Shown here: positions 19,801 to 28,142 of the stretch, piece by piece
Numbering within the stretch: position 1 is the first letter of the stretch
How the letters are laid out: each line of letters begins with the position of its first letter
IMG/VR virus record: IMGVR_UViG_3300047548_000777
Span: 1 to 64,000 of that record
Length of the DNA: 64,000 nt
From: a virus
Direction: 5' to 3' (one strand)
Position numbers and translations under genes: made by a program
The notes under the pieces: generated by a model
Seen by the model: only the letters and a program-made list of their open reading frames with translations
The model's database searches: none
What the model was told of the DNA's origin: nothing

Positions 19801-20197
19801 CGTTTCTAGGTTCTGCAGTTGGTTCGTTCGCACTAGCATCTAATTGATTTAAATCTAGATCAGCTCTAACAACAAATGCACGGTTACTTACACCTAAAAA
19901 GCTATAAGCAGCATGTAGTCCATATTCATTTTGTTCACCTGCGTGAATAGGATTTCCATTTACATCAGTTTTGAACACCGGATCACCGAATGTATCAACT
20001 AAGTCTTTCTGGCTGGTAATTAAATATACTTGGCCGGCGTTAGCCTTTAATGTACCTGGAGCAATGCCATCTCCTGCTCCATTTGTTTTGTTTTCAGCAG
20101 AAGCAACAACCAATAAAGGTGTTGTTCCAGGTTCTGCTGGTGTGTAAAACGATTCGTCAATTACTTTGACTTCCACGCCTGGTGAAGTTAATGCCAT
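16880..20197 (-). CDS. Tail sheath protein (gp18-like), enlarged
   Basis: MALTSPGVEV, PWFAPAGLRRG, RDTLYEAKINPI, DRINVARL, FEPND, VCDESNNTP, EPVKAVEFIYI. Confidence 0.95.
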   Translation of the reverse strand: MALTSPGVEVKVIDESFYTPAEPGTTPLLVVASAENKTNGAGDGIAPGTLKANAGQVYLITSQKDLVDTFGDPVFKTDVNGNPIHAGEQNEYGLHAAYSFLGVSNRAFVVRADLDLNQLDASANEPTAEPRNGTYWLDTQTTQWGIFEWDGRPVTQGGQKFVNKVPLVITDPTKVDPATSGPTASVGKVGSYAIVTVDTNPATPALTDSHPMTIWYRNGAGSWVEVGSEDWKTSYSNITANQPKISIAPHTQVPQWKSSGNTPAVTGSVWIKTTEPNLGARWRLSRYNSATKAFSAVNAPMFQNAQTALYSLDKAGGGNNLAAGSVYVKFNYNEDTAPLANFKVFRRKAVGPTQIRTEKITQTTFTPGNQQITGQVSALSLGSVVGVTEGTYTTGALSATDTSGTGLTLTFVVAPSTLEVSVSINNRGTGFSIGDTITVPGTAIGGTSPTDNFTVTVTNIQSSTTGAYQFVIAETVAGSDALNTEVVSVSIPAPTSAILNAEALAGAINQAGLTHVTAEIDSQNRVVISHDTGGDIHLSDGVGSPLSDLGLSPFNPTTGTGTINLYADTDSHDFVASLWEPLVYVASADAPTSLTENGRLWYSSIIDEVDLMVHDGSNWVGYRNEFPDADAQGPFVQATAPETQRDTTPLVTGDIWISTDDLENFPMIYKYDADLSKWLLVDKADQSTDNGVLFADARYNTTGQNSDVAGSIESLLTEDYVDPDAPDPALYPRGMLLWNLRRSGFNVKEFRLNHIDTLSRNARVADELMTDYYPHRWVTVSANQADGSGSFGRKAQRVVVVKALQSLVGQNQQIRDEESRVFNLMACPGYPELIGELVSLNFDRGLTAFVVGDTPARLTSDATSLNAWGMNLNGAVEDNDIGAASYDEYMAMFYPWGFTSDNFGNNVVVPPSHMILRTIALNDQVAYPWFAPAGLRRGGITNATSVGYVDGQEGEFKTVALNNGQRDTLYEAKINPITFFTGTGLVNYGQKTRAKTASALDRINVARLVIYLRRQLSQLVKPYIFEPNDKVTRDEIKGACESLLVELVGQRALYDFLVVCDESNNTPNRIDRNELWIDIAIEPVKAVEFIYIPLRLKNTGEISGL

Positions 20198-20310
20198 ATT
20201 AGTTTACTCCTAAAGGTTCTATGTCTTCACTTATATTTAGCCCGTTTTGTAAAAAAAGTCCTTTTATAACTACAAAAAAGGGGAACAAAAGGGATAATAT
20301 AAATAGCTAT

Positions 20311-20649
20311 ATGTCCAGACCTTTGTGTATTTGTGGTTTTAGACCAGCTGCAATTAACTATATTAAAGAAGGAAAAACACACTATCGACGAAAATGCGAA
20401 GTGTGTCTTTCTGGTGGTATCGCAAAGGGAATACCTAAGTGGTATCAAGACGGTTATCGAATAAAATCCAAATGTGACAAATGCGGATTTTCATCTAAAC
20501 ATATCGAACAATTTAATGTATTTCATGTGGATGGTGATATGAATAACACCAGAATTGTAAATCTAAAAACAGTATGTGCTAACTGTCAAAGAGTTCTTGC
20601 TAAAGAAGGCATTACCTGGCGGGCTGGTGGGATTCAACCAGACCTTTAA
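20311..20649 (+). CDS. Cys-rich HNH-like protein
   Basis: Start MSRPLCICG 5 nt after TATAAATA (20298-20305); CxxC pairs; HVDGDMNN...NLKTVCANC. Confidence 0.7.
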   Translation: MSRPLCICGFRPAAINYIKEGKTHYRRKCEVCLSGGIAKGIPKWYQDGYRIKSKCDKCGFSSKHIEQFNVFHVDGDMNNTRIVNLKTVCANCQRVLAKEGITWRAGGIQPDL

Positions 20650-21262
20650 CGCTATCAAACAGATCTAGCATGGATCCATTGTTTAAAATCACACAATCTA
20701 TACTGGCGCCAACCCAGCTACTTTCGCTCGTATGTACACCGGTCGCATCTAAATAAATTTTTGATTCATTCCACTGTGGATTACCAGTTGGGCCTTTGTT
20801 TACTACTTCAGCATGCTGGACCCAATAAGGATCTTCTCCGCGTTTAATGCGTACCACTAGACCTCCTGCATTTTTAATGGCGGCAATTTCGTTAGGAAAC
20901 CTAACATCGCTGATAACAATATTAGTATCAGTATTTCTGACCCTATTTTCTAGACTAGCGATCCAGATATCATCATGAAATCCGATTCTACAAACCTCTG
21001 TGCCCCATTGCTGTAAAACCCAACGTGGGGTTAGATTAGGTATATTCAATCGGTTAGACCACCAGGTGTCTACTTGTTCTCGCCATTCTCGAGCTTCTTT
21101 AGTTCGGCCTTCTATCATTTCTCTATCCCATCCAAACACTGCAGCCACAGCATCTTTAAGTGTATTAGCGAAACTATCTCTCTTAAATCCGCAATGCTGC
21201 ACTAAGTAATCTGCAGCAGTATCTTTCCCACTACCTATTAATCCCACTAGACCTATTAGCAT
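20612..21262 (-). CDS. Deoxynucleoside monophosphate kinase (T4 gp1-like)
   Basis: GLIGSGKDT, FANTLKD, TPRWVLQQWGTE, ISDVRFPNE, HTSE; GGAGA SD before MLIGLVG. Confidence 0.9.
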   Translation of the reverse strand: MLIGLVGLIGSGKDTAADYLVQHCGFKRDSFANTLKDAVAAVFGWDREMIEGRTKEAREWREQVDTWWSNRLNIPNLTPRWVLQQWGTEVCRIGFHDDIWIASLENRVRNTDTNIVISDVRFPNEIAAIKNAGGLVVRIKRGEDPYWVQHAEVVNKGPTGNPQWNESKIYLDATGVHTSESSWVGASIDCVILNNGSMLDLFDSVKGLVESHQPAR

Positions 21263-21282
21263 AATAATCTCCAAACTATTAT

Positions 21283-21311
21283 AGTATAATAGATTTTTAG
21301 AGAGTTGTCAA
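21283..21311 (-). promoter_or_regulatory. Sigma70-type promoter for the dNMP kinase
   Basis: TTGACA (21311-21306), 17-nt spacer, TATACT (21288-21283). Confidence 0.8.
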
Positions 21312-21315
21312 AGAA

Positions 21316-21696
21316 TTATACACCGTATTTGTTCTTTTTCTTTTTAGGCGTTGGACTAGATTTGTTAACAGAATCAAGTTCTAGACTACGCATGTCACCT
21401 TTATTTAAATCAGTGTAACTTGCACCTGCCGCTTTATATGCCAATTTAAGCATATCCTGTTCTTCTTTAGTATAAGGATGTGCAGACTTTTCCTTGCCAA
21501 TCCAAGATTCTTTATCTATATTTGGTGGGGTTTTTCCATCTGTGCCGGCCACGGCCATGCCCATACGGTAAGCAACATAATCACTGTTTGCACGAACCGC
21601 ATCATGATAGGTGTTTGCGCCTGGCATGGATTGCTGCTGCCGTTTTGTTAATTTTGCTCGGTTTTTACCCTCAGAAATTATTTCATTTATTTTCAT
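21316..21696 (-). CDS. Small basic protein, probably virion-internal
   Basis: Start MKINEIISE just after the upstream stop; ends PKKKKNKYGV. Confidence 0.7.
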   Translation of the reverse strand: MKINEIISEGKNRAKLTKRQQQSMPGANTYHDAVRANSDYVAYRMGMAVAGTDGKTPPNIDKESWIGKEKSAHPYTKEEQDMLKLAYKAAGASYTDLNKGDMRSLELDSVNKSSPTPKKKKNKYGV

Positions 21697-21697
21697 A

Positions 21698-23851
21698 TTA
21701 TGTGTTTTGAATAGTTCTAACACCGTATAAGTGTGCGCTGTTTCCATCATGGAGTGTCATAAGATGTCCTAGTGCATTAAGTTTCGCAATTCCAGGACTT
21801 GTTGCAGATAAGCGGTGTACCGAACTTCCGTCTGATCGTCTATAGAGTTCCCACGGTCCCGGACCTTCTGGAGCTAATGGGTCCGATAAGTTTTGAGATC
21901 CGGTTGGCTGCGCTAATTGTTGTTCGATATCTGATAAGTCGTCGCTTTCAATAGTTCTGACACCGTAATGTGCTAAGAGTTGGCCCCTGATCCCTAATTC
22001 TGCCATATGGCGAATTGCCTCTTGGTGCGCCAACGTCCGAGTTCTACCTCTTAGGTCTTCGATGCTTCTTCCGTTGTTCCTTCTATAAATTTCCCACGGA
22101 CCAGGCCCGTGTGGCATTAAAACTAGTACCGGATCTACGGTGTTGTCTTTAGGCACCGCGGTAGCGTCTTTAAGTAATACAATTTTCCATTTTTTAATTA
22201 TTGGGTCGTCGGGTGAGACTCCCCATTCTTCTGCAGCAGCCAGTAACGCATGGCGTTCATCGGGCGCGGCGACTTGAATCTGATCAGTTGAACTTCTACC
22301 AACCATCCAGGTAAACATTCCACCTTGTCTCGATGCTTTTCTCAATTTTAACCGCTGCTTAAGCTCTTGTTGTGCATTCCTTGGTTGTGGTAGAACGCTG
22401 TGTTTAGCAAATAACTTAACAACATCTTCACCTAGCTTAGGACTTAGTAGGGCATATAGCTTTTTAAGGTATTCAGCTTTATTTTTTTCTGGATCCATGG
22501 CAGCATCAAATGCAACTATGAATTTCATTAGTGTAGGTTTAAGTAAATCAAATTTTTCATTTAGCCAGTCATTACCGGGACTTCGAAACTCTATCCACTC
22601 TTTTCCAGAAGTTTCACTTTTCTTAGTATTGATACTTGTATATTTCTCCGTTTTTCCAGAATGTATAGAGTGGCTAGCCAGTAAATTTAGTCCCTTGTGT
22701 AAATATTCAAATGCATATGATGCGGACCTAGGTTCGTCCTTTATTGCTGTTCGAATTCGTCTCATAGCTGGGACCGTATAAATATTTAGAAGTCGTTCGA
22801 AATCTGTTAATATTTTCTCGTCACCAAGTAATAACGCTATTTTTACATAATCTAAATTATCAACACTATACCCTGGAATACTAATATTCATGTGTAACCC
22901 GGTAGAGTCGTTAGTATAGATTCCCTTTTTATCGGCCCATTTTTTAATTGTATCAAGATCTTTTAATATTTCATCTAAGGGCATTGCGGGACTAACAAAT
23001 TCTAATCCCATGGCATCACGTCTGCGTGGCTCTAAACTGCCATCTGGTTCTATGCAATAGTGGTTACCACGCGGGCATGACTTGTATCGAGGCCCCCAGT
23101 TCACTGTTCTTCCGATAACTTTCTGAAAGTCTGCAGCAGTAGCTTTGATAAAAGCGTTAGGATCCTTTGATACATCATCGGCAAGTGGCCAGGCCAGGTC
23201 ATAATCATTAGTGATGTTTCTTAAAAAGCGTTCAAGATTTTGATTCCGATAAATCCATTCATATTCAGTCAGTTCTTCGAACTCGTCTGATCGATCTTCT
23301 AGGAATTGTTCTCTTGCTTGCCGATATGCTGTACTGTTTTTGTCATGCCAAAGATCGAATACCTCTTCGTCTAACAACTCTTCGACTAATATGGAAATTA
23401 AATCATAGTACTCGGGATCATCAGTCGGAACATCTCTTAAATAGGCTTCTTCTCTGGCTTTTTCCATAGCATCTTCTTCGTCGAACCACTCTGATCTGTA
23501 GAAATTTTTGAAGTATTGACGTCCACCTTCTCGACGCCAGATGCGTTCGGTCTGTTCTTCACGCCATTTTTCAAAATCAGTCTCTAGACCGCGACCAAGC
23601 CACTCCAATTCGTTTAGACCGTTTGATTGCCCAATGGAGAAAAACTCCACCACATCAGCAATCGTAGTAATGTTATCTGGGATTTCTGTAGGCCTATCAT
23701 CAACCTCCTCAGCCGTTCCTGTTGGAACCAACATTTCAAACTCCATGCCCACTAGTACTCCTGGCAACGATTCTGCCATTTTATAAAGTTTCCTAGTCAT
23801 GTTAATTTCATTTAACACGGATTCTATAATTTTAAAATCTTTAAATCTCAT
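21698..23851 (-). CDS. Putative amidoligase (COOH-NH2 ligase, Amidoligase_2-like)
   Basis: VGMEFEM, IEPDGSL, GLEFVSP, TNDSTGLHMNIS, KYTSIN, IEFRSPG. Confidence 0.8.
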   Translation of the reverse strand: MRFKDFKIIESVLNEINMTRKLYKMAESLPGVLVGMEFEMLVPTGTAEEVDDRPTEIPDNITTIADVVEFFSIGQSNGLNELEWLGRGLETDFEKWREEQTERIWRREGGRQYFKNFYRSEWFDEEDAMEKAREEAYLRDVPTDDPEYYDLISILVEELLDEEVFDLWHDKNSTAYRQAREQFLEDRSDEFEELTEYEWIYRNQNLERFLRNITNDYDLAWPLADDVSKDPNAFIKATAADFQKVIGRTVNWGPRYKSCPRGNHYCIEPDGSLEPRRRDAMGLEFVSPAMPLDEILKDLDTIKKWADKKGIYTNDSTGLHMNISIPGYSVDNLDYVKIALLLGDEKILTDFERLLNIYTVPAMRRIRTAIKDEPRSASYAFEYLHKGLNLLASHSIHSGKTEKYTSINTKKSETSGKEWIEFRSPGNDWLNEKFDLLKPTLMKFIVAFDAAMDPEKNKAEYLKKLYALLSPKLGEDVVKLFAKHSVLPQPRNAQQELKQRLKLRKASRQGGMFTWMVGRSSTDQIQVAAPDERHALLAAAEEWGVSPDDPIIKKWKIVLLKDATAVPKDNTVDPVLVLMPHGPGPWEIYRRNNGRSIEDLRGRTRTLAHQEAIRHMAELGIRGQLLAHYGVRTIESDDLSDIEQQLAQPTGSQNLSDPLAPEGPGPWELYRRSDGSSVHRLSATSPGIAKLNALGHLMTLHDGNSAHLYGVRTIQNT

Positions 23852-23856
23852 TCAAA

Positions 23857-24621
23857 TTATCCGATAATGAAGGTATACCCAGTTCCGCCGGCTACTAATG
23901 TTTCTAACTCTTTTTCTAGTTTTTCTATTTCTGCTGTGGCTTCCGATTTTAATGCCGCCCCATTTAAAGAGGTACCGCCTTGCGGACCTGCAATTTGAGC
24001 AAACTTTTCACGAGCCTGAGCTAGTATTAGCTTGCAGTTCGATAAGGTGTAATCATATAACCACTGCTGTGCGTATATGTCACTAAGTAATACATAGTCT
24101 GGTTTATAGTTATAACAGCGAAGCATTATATTTTCGCCTTCTACAAACGGTCGTTGTAAAATTCTTAAGGTATGACTATGAGGGATCCATTGAAACTCAA
24201 TATAACTACCAAAAAATCTACCCACCATTTCTTGATATTGAGCAAATAGTTCATAAGTAGCTAGTCCACCTAACATTGTACTGTTAAGTAAGTACGTGTT
24301 TGTATATGCAAGGTTAAATGGTTCAAAATTTGTACCAGTTCCGCCACCAGTTCTGGATCCAAGTGTACGTCTAAACACACTTCTAACTTCAATTATCTCG
24401 TCAGGTAATCTATAGTCGTTGGTGTCTTTGCCCAATTCTAAAAACATATAACTTTCTTCTACCGAGTTTGGGCTTCTCTGGCGGAATTTAGTTAATGCCT
24501 TTCTTAGAGCAACTTCGTAATGAGCAGGATCTAGCTCAACGTCTATCATACCGTCACCTAGCATTAGGCGAACGTAATCGAATACTTTTTGTCTTTCGGC
24601 TTGCGGATTTATATCTGGCAT
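23857..24621 (-). CDS. Neck protein (gp13-like head-tail adaptor)
   Basis: LGDGMIDVELD, WLYDYTL, KFAQIAGPQGGTSLNG, ends FIIG. Confidence 0.85.
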   Translation of the reverse strand: MPDINPQAERQKVFDYVRLMLGDGMIDVELDPAHYEVALRKALTKFRQRSPNSVEESYMFLELGKDTNDYRLPDEIIEVRSVFRRTLGSRTGGGTGTNFEPFNLAYTNTYLLNSTMLGGLATYELFAQYQEMVGRFFGSYIEFQWIPHSHTLRILQRPFVEGENIMLRCYNYKPDYVLLSDIYAQQWLYDYTLSNCKLILAQAREKFAQIAGPQGGTSLNGAALKSEATAEIEKLEKELETLVAGGTGYTFIIG

Positions 24622-24636
24622 TTGAATCTCCTGATG

Positions 24637-24654
24637 TATTTATCCTGATAAATA
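24637..24654. promoter_or_regulatory. Back-to-back late promoters for divergent gp13 and gp14
   Basis: TATTTATC-CT-GATAAATA inverted repeat, giving GATAAATA on each strand. Confidence 0.75.
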
Positions 24655-24692
24655 TTGTATCGTGTTCAATAGTACCGCAAGGGAGAATTAAA

Positions 24693-26066
24693 ATTCCAAG
24701 ATTAAGCCTTTACAGACCCGAAAAGGGTAATGACTACAAGTTTATAGATCGAACCATATCGGAAATGTTTGGTGTCGGGGGTACAGAATTGTACATCCAT
24801 AAATACCTAGGACCTAAAAATCCTGAAGAAGGCACTGCGGCTCAACCTATATACGACACAATTAAAGAAACTAATATTCAAGATTTGCTATTTTTAGAAA
24901 ATAGAGATCGAGTATACGATAGTAGCATTTATAAAATTCGAGGTGTCTACAACGTACAAGATATCGATTTTAACCTAAGCCAATTTGGTCTATTTGTTGA
25001 CAACGATACTGTTTATATGACAGTGCATATAAATGACTACATTAGAACTATTGGCAGAAAACCATTAAGTGGTGACGTTGTTGAGGTACCACATTTAAAA
25101 GATGAGTTTGCACTCAATGATTTTGATGTGAGCCTGCCAAGGTATTTTGTTATTAGTGATATCGGTAGAGCAGCTGAAGGATTTAGTCCTACTTGGTATC
25201 CGCATTTATATAGATTAAAATTGACTAAAATAATGAATAGTCAACAGTACAAAGATATTTTTAATCAGCCAATAGTTGATCCTGTAACGGGAGAAGAAAC
25301 TGATCGAACACTTGCAGATATATTAAGTACACAAAATAAATCATTAGAAATTAATGATATCATGCTTGCACAAGCAGAAGCAGATGCCCCATACAGCGGA
25401 TATGAAACTCGGCATTTCTATACATTATCTCTGGATGATCAGGGTAATGCATCATTAGAAACTGCGGACACCATTGATGTGGATGCCAGTAGCGATTATG
25501 GAAGTCCATCTACCTACTCTAACCCTAAAAGACCTGGGTACACCGGATATTTATTGGGAGATGGTCTTCCAGAAAACGGAGCAGCATTTGGTCACGGACT
25601 CACTTTCCCTAACGGCCCAATTGAAGGGGACTACTTCTTACGAACTGACTTTTTACCAAACCGGTTATTTCGTTATGATGGATTCAGATGGATTAGACGA
25701 GAAGATGCCGTAAGAACCACTATGACGCCTAGTGCTGGTAGGAATAATCAAAAGGGCACGTTTATTAATAATACTAATAGGGTAGGTATTGATTTATTAG
25801 AATCGAATATTGTAAAATTAACCGGACTTACTATAGAGACGAATGTTAATTATACTTCAGACATATATGCCACTGTTGCGTTAGAGGATAGTGAAATCAT
25901 AGTTCCACTAGCGGTAACAAATAATAATGGAAAAGTAGCAATTCAGTTGCCAGCTAATTTCCAATCTGGGCTAGTAGTTGACTACAAAGTTTACAGGTCA
26001 AGCACAGAAGAAAAACAATCATTAAGTAAGGCACTGCGTCCTAGAAAACCTTTAGCGGATTTATAA
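24693..26066 (+). CDS. Neck/head-closure protein (gp14-like) with C-terminal extension; probable ATT start
   Basis: IQDLLFLENRDR, LSQFGL, GDVVEVPHL, WYPHLYRLK; GGGAGA SD before ATT-CCA-AGA. The ORF-track start (24495) overlaps gp13 and lies upstream of the promoter. Confidence 0.75.
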   Translation: MPRLSLYRPEKGNDYKFIDRTISEMFGVGGTELYIHKYLGPKNPEEGTAAQPIYDTIKETNIQDLLFLENRDRVYDSSIYKIRGVYNVQDIDFNLSQFGLFVDNDTVYMTVHINDYIRTIGRKPLSGDVVEVPHLKDEFALNDFDVSLPRYFVISDIGRAAEGFSPTWYPHLYRLKLTKIMNSQQYKDIFNQPIVDPVTGEETDRTLADILSTQNKSLEINDIMLAQAEADAPYSGYETRHFYTLSLDDQGNASLETADTIDVDASSDYGSPSTYSNPKRPGYTGYLLGDGLPENGAAFGHGLTFPNGPIEGDYFLRTDFLPNRLFRYDGFRWIRREDAVRTTMTPSAGRNNQKGTFINNTNRVGIDLLESNIVKLTGLTIETNVNYTSDIYATVALEDSEIIVPLAVTNNNGKVAIQLPANFQSGLVVDYKVYRSSTEEKQSLSKALRPRKPLADL

Positions 26067-27679
26067 TGTCAACAACAACATTTTTTTATGATGGTCAAAT
26101 TAGAAGATACCTTTTGCAAATAGTTAGACTACTAAGCAACTTTGCAGTAAAATATACTGATGGGACCTTGGTTCGAATTCCTGTAATATATGGAGATGCT
26201 GACAGGCAAGTAGCGCATATTATAAATCAAAACAGTGAAAATACCGTACAAAGTGCACCAAAGATCGCAATTTATATGGCAGATCTAGAGCTAGATACTA
26301 GCAGGCTTGCTGATAGTAGCCATGTAGGTAAAGTGCATGTTAGAGAACGGGCATACAATGAGCAGACACAAAGCTACGAAAATTATCAAGGAAACAGTTA
26401 TACAGTCGAACGGTTAATGCCGACACCATATAAGCTCACAGTCAAAGTAGATATTTGGTCTACCAGTATAGATCAAAAATTACAAATACTAGAGCAAATA
26501 CTAATGTTGTTTAATCCTAGTTTAGAAATTCAAACTAGCGATAACTATATTGATTGGACTAGTCTAAGTGTAGTGGATTTGACCTCTGTTGTGTTAAGTT
26601 CAAGAAGTGTACCCGTCGGTACTGCCGCAGAGATTGATATTGCTACGTTAACCTTGGCAACTCCCATATGGATTAGTCCTCCTGCCAAAGTAAAACGGCT
26701 AGGTGTTATTACTAATATTATATCGAATATCTTTACCGATAAAACTGATCAATATGGTGATTATATTGAAGGGTTAGGTGTAGACTCTTCGGCAACATAT
26801 GCCTCTCCAGCAGGATCACCTGTGGCATCGTTCAGTTCTGCAACAGCAAACTATGACATCGAAGTCACTGGAAATTCAGCAAAATTATTAGGATTTGAGA
26901 ATCAATATCCTAGATGGAATAATATCGTTAATAAATTCTCTGGAGTTTATACAGCAGGTTTAAGCAGAATTTATTTAAAAATACCTAGCGGAAACAATGT
27001 AGTTGGCACGTTTAGCTTAAATCCGCTAGACGATTCATTGCTAACTATTAACTGGGACGTTGATACTTACCCCACCAATACCTCAGTATATAGTATAAAC
27101 AGATCATCTACCACAACATTTGATGCCATCATTGATCCTACACGAACTGGTCCGAGGGATTCTAATCTACCTAAATTAAAACAAGGATCTAGGTACTTAA
27201 TTGTTGATAAAATAGGAAATAGCATTAAGGAAACGTTTGTATCCGAAACAAAGATACAGAGAATTAATACCAACACCCTGTATAAAGATGTAGTTGATCA
27301 TAAAATTTTAGTCAACGGAATTGAGGTAGGCTCCGGAAATGCACGAATACCAGATGATCTTAATACGGGGAATTACTATATTTTATTGGATGAATTTGCA
27401 CCTGCTGGCGCAGAAATTACGTATGAACTTTATACCAATGTTGACGGGCCAGAATCTTGGAAGAATAATGACGGTAGCGATTTTACAGCCAACGAAAATG
27501 ATATAATAGAGTGGGATGGTGATAAATGGAATATTGTTTTCAACTCTTTAAAGGCACAGGATCAAATAGTTTATCTATCAAACATTTTTACCAATACACA
27601 GTATATGTGGAATGGGGTACATTGGAGTAAGAGTTTTGAAGGTATTTATAGAGCCGGAGAATGGCGCCTTGAACTTTAA
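26066..27679 (+). CDS. Tail terminator / sheath stabiliser (gp15-like) with C-terminal extension
   Basis: FFYDGQIRRY, IPVIYG, MPTPYKL, QILEQILMLFNPS. Confidence 0.8.
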   Translation: MSTTTFFYDGQIRRYLLQIVRLLSNFAVKYTDGTLVRIPVIYGDADRQVAHIINQNSENTVQSAPKIAIYMADLELDTSRLADSSHVGKVHVRERAYNEQTQSYENYQGNSYTVERLMPTPYKLTVKVDIWSTSIDQKLQILEQILMLFNPSLEIQTSDNYIDWTSLSVVDLTSVVLSSRSVPVGTAAEIDIATLTLATPIWISPPAKVKRLGVITNIISNIFTDKTDQYGDYIEGLGVDSSATYASPAGSPVASFSSATANYDIEVTGNSAKLLGFENQYPRWNNIVNKFSGVYTAGLSRIYLKIPSGNNVVGTFSLNPLDDSLLTINWDVDTYPTNTSVYSINRSSTTTFDAIIDPTRTGPRDSNLPKLKQGSRYLIVDKIGNSIKETFVSETKIQRINTNTLYKDVVDHKILVNGIEVGSGNARIPDDLNTGNYYILLDEFAPAGAEITYELYTNVDGPESWKNNDGSDFTANENDIIEWDGDKWNIVFNSLKAQDQIVYLSNIFTNTQYMWNGVHWSKSFEGIYRAGEWRLEL

Positions 27680-28118
27680 AAATAAAATTGTCTGCAGTGG
27701 GGCATTATTTTATGCTAAGTCTACTAAACGAATCTTGCTGCTACAAAAGGCAAGGGGAAAGCACACTGGTACCTGGGGGTTAGTAGGTGGAACAACTGAA
27801 ACACAAGAAACTCCTTGGCAAGGACTAACCAGAGAAATCAATGAAGAAATTGGATTGTTTCCAAAGATAATAAAAACAATTCCACTAGAAACATTTGTTA
27901 GCAACGATTCTATTTTTAACTATCACACTTACTTGTGCGTAGTAGAAGAAGAATTTATTCCTAAATTAAGTTCAGAACATTCAGGCTATGCCTGGTGTGT
28001 TATAGATTACTCTCCTAAACCTTTACATCAAGGATTAAAAAACAGCTTTGGGAATAAAATTATTCGCACAAAGCTGCAGACTATATTTGAGATAATTAAT
28101 CTTATTGAAATAAAATAA
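27669..28118 (+). CDS. NUDIX hydrolase
   Basis: Complete Nudix box G-TTETQ-E-TPWQGLT-REINEEIGL; likely TTG start at 27669 after GGAGA. Confidence 0.88.
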   Translation: MNFKNKIVCSGALFYAKSTKRILLLQKARGKHTGTWGLVGGTTETQETPWQGLTREINEEIGLFPKIIKTIPLETFVSNDSIFNYHTYLCVVEEEFIPKLSSEHSGYAWCVIDYSPKPLHQGLKNSFGNKIIRTKLQTIFEIINLIEIK

Positions 28119-28138
28119 CGGGGCAATGCCCCGTTATT
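28114..28138. terminator. Bidirectional terminator between convergent genes
   Basis: AATAACGGGGC-AAT-GCCCCGTTATT. Confidence 0.8.
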
Positions 28139-28142
28139 CTTA

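Noticed and set aside
24495-24692. ORF-track N-terminal extension of gp14
   Set aside because: It overlaps gp13 antisense and lies upstream of the late promoter and SD.
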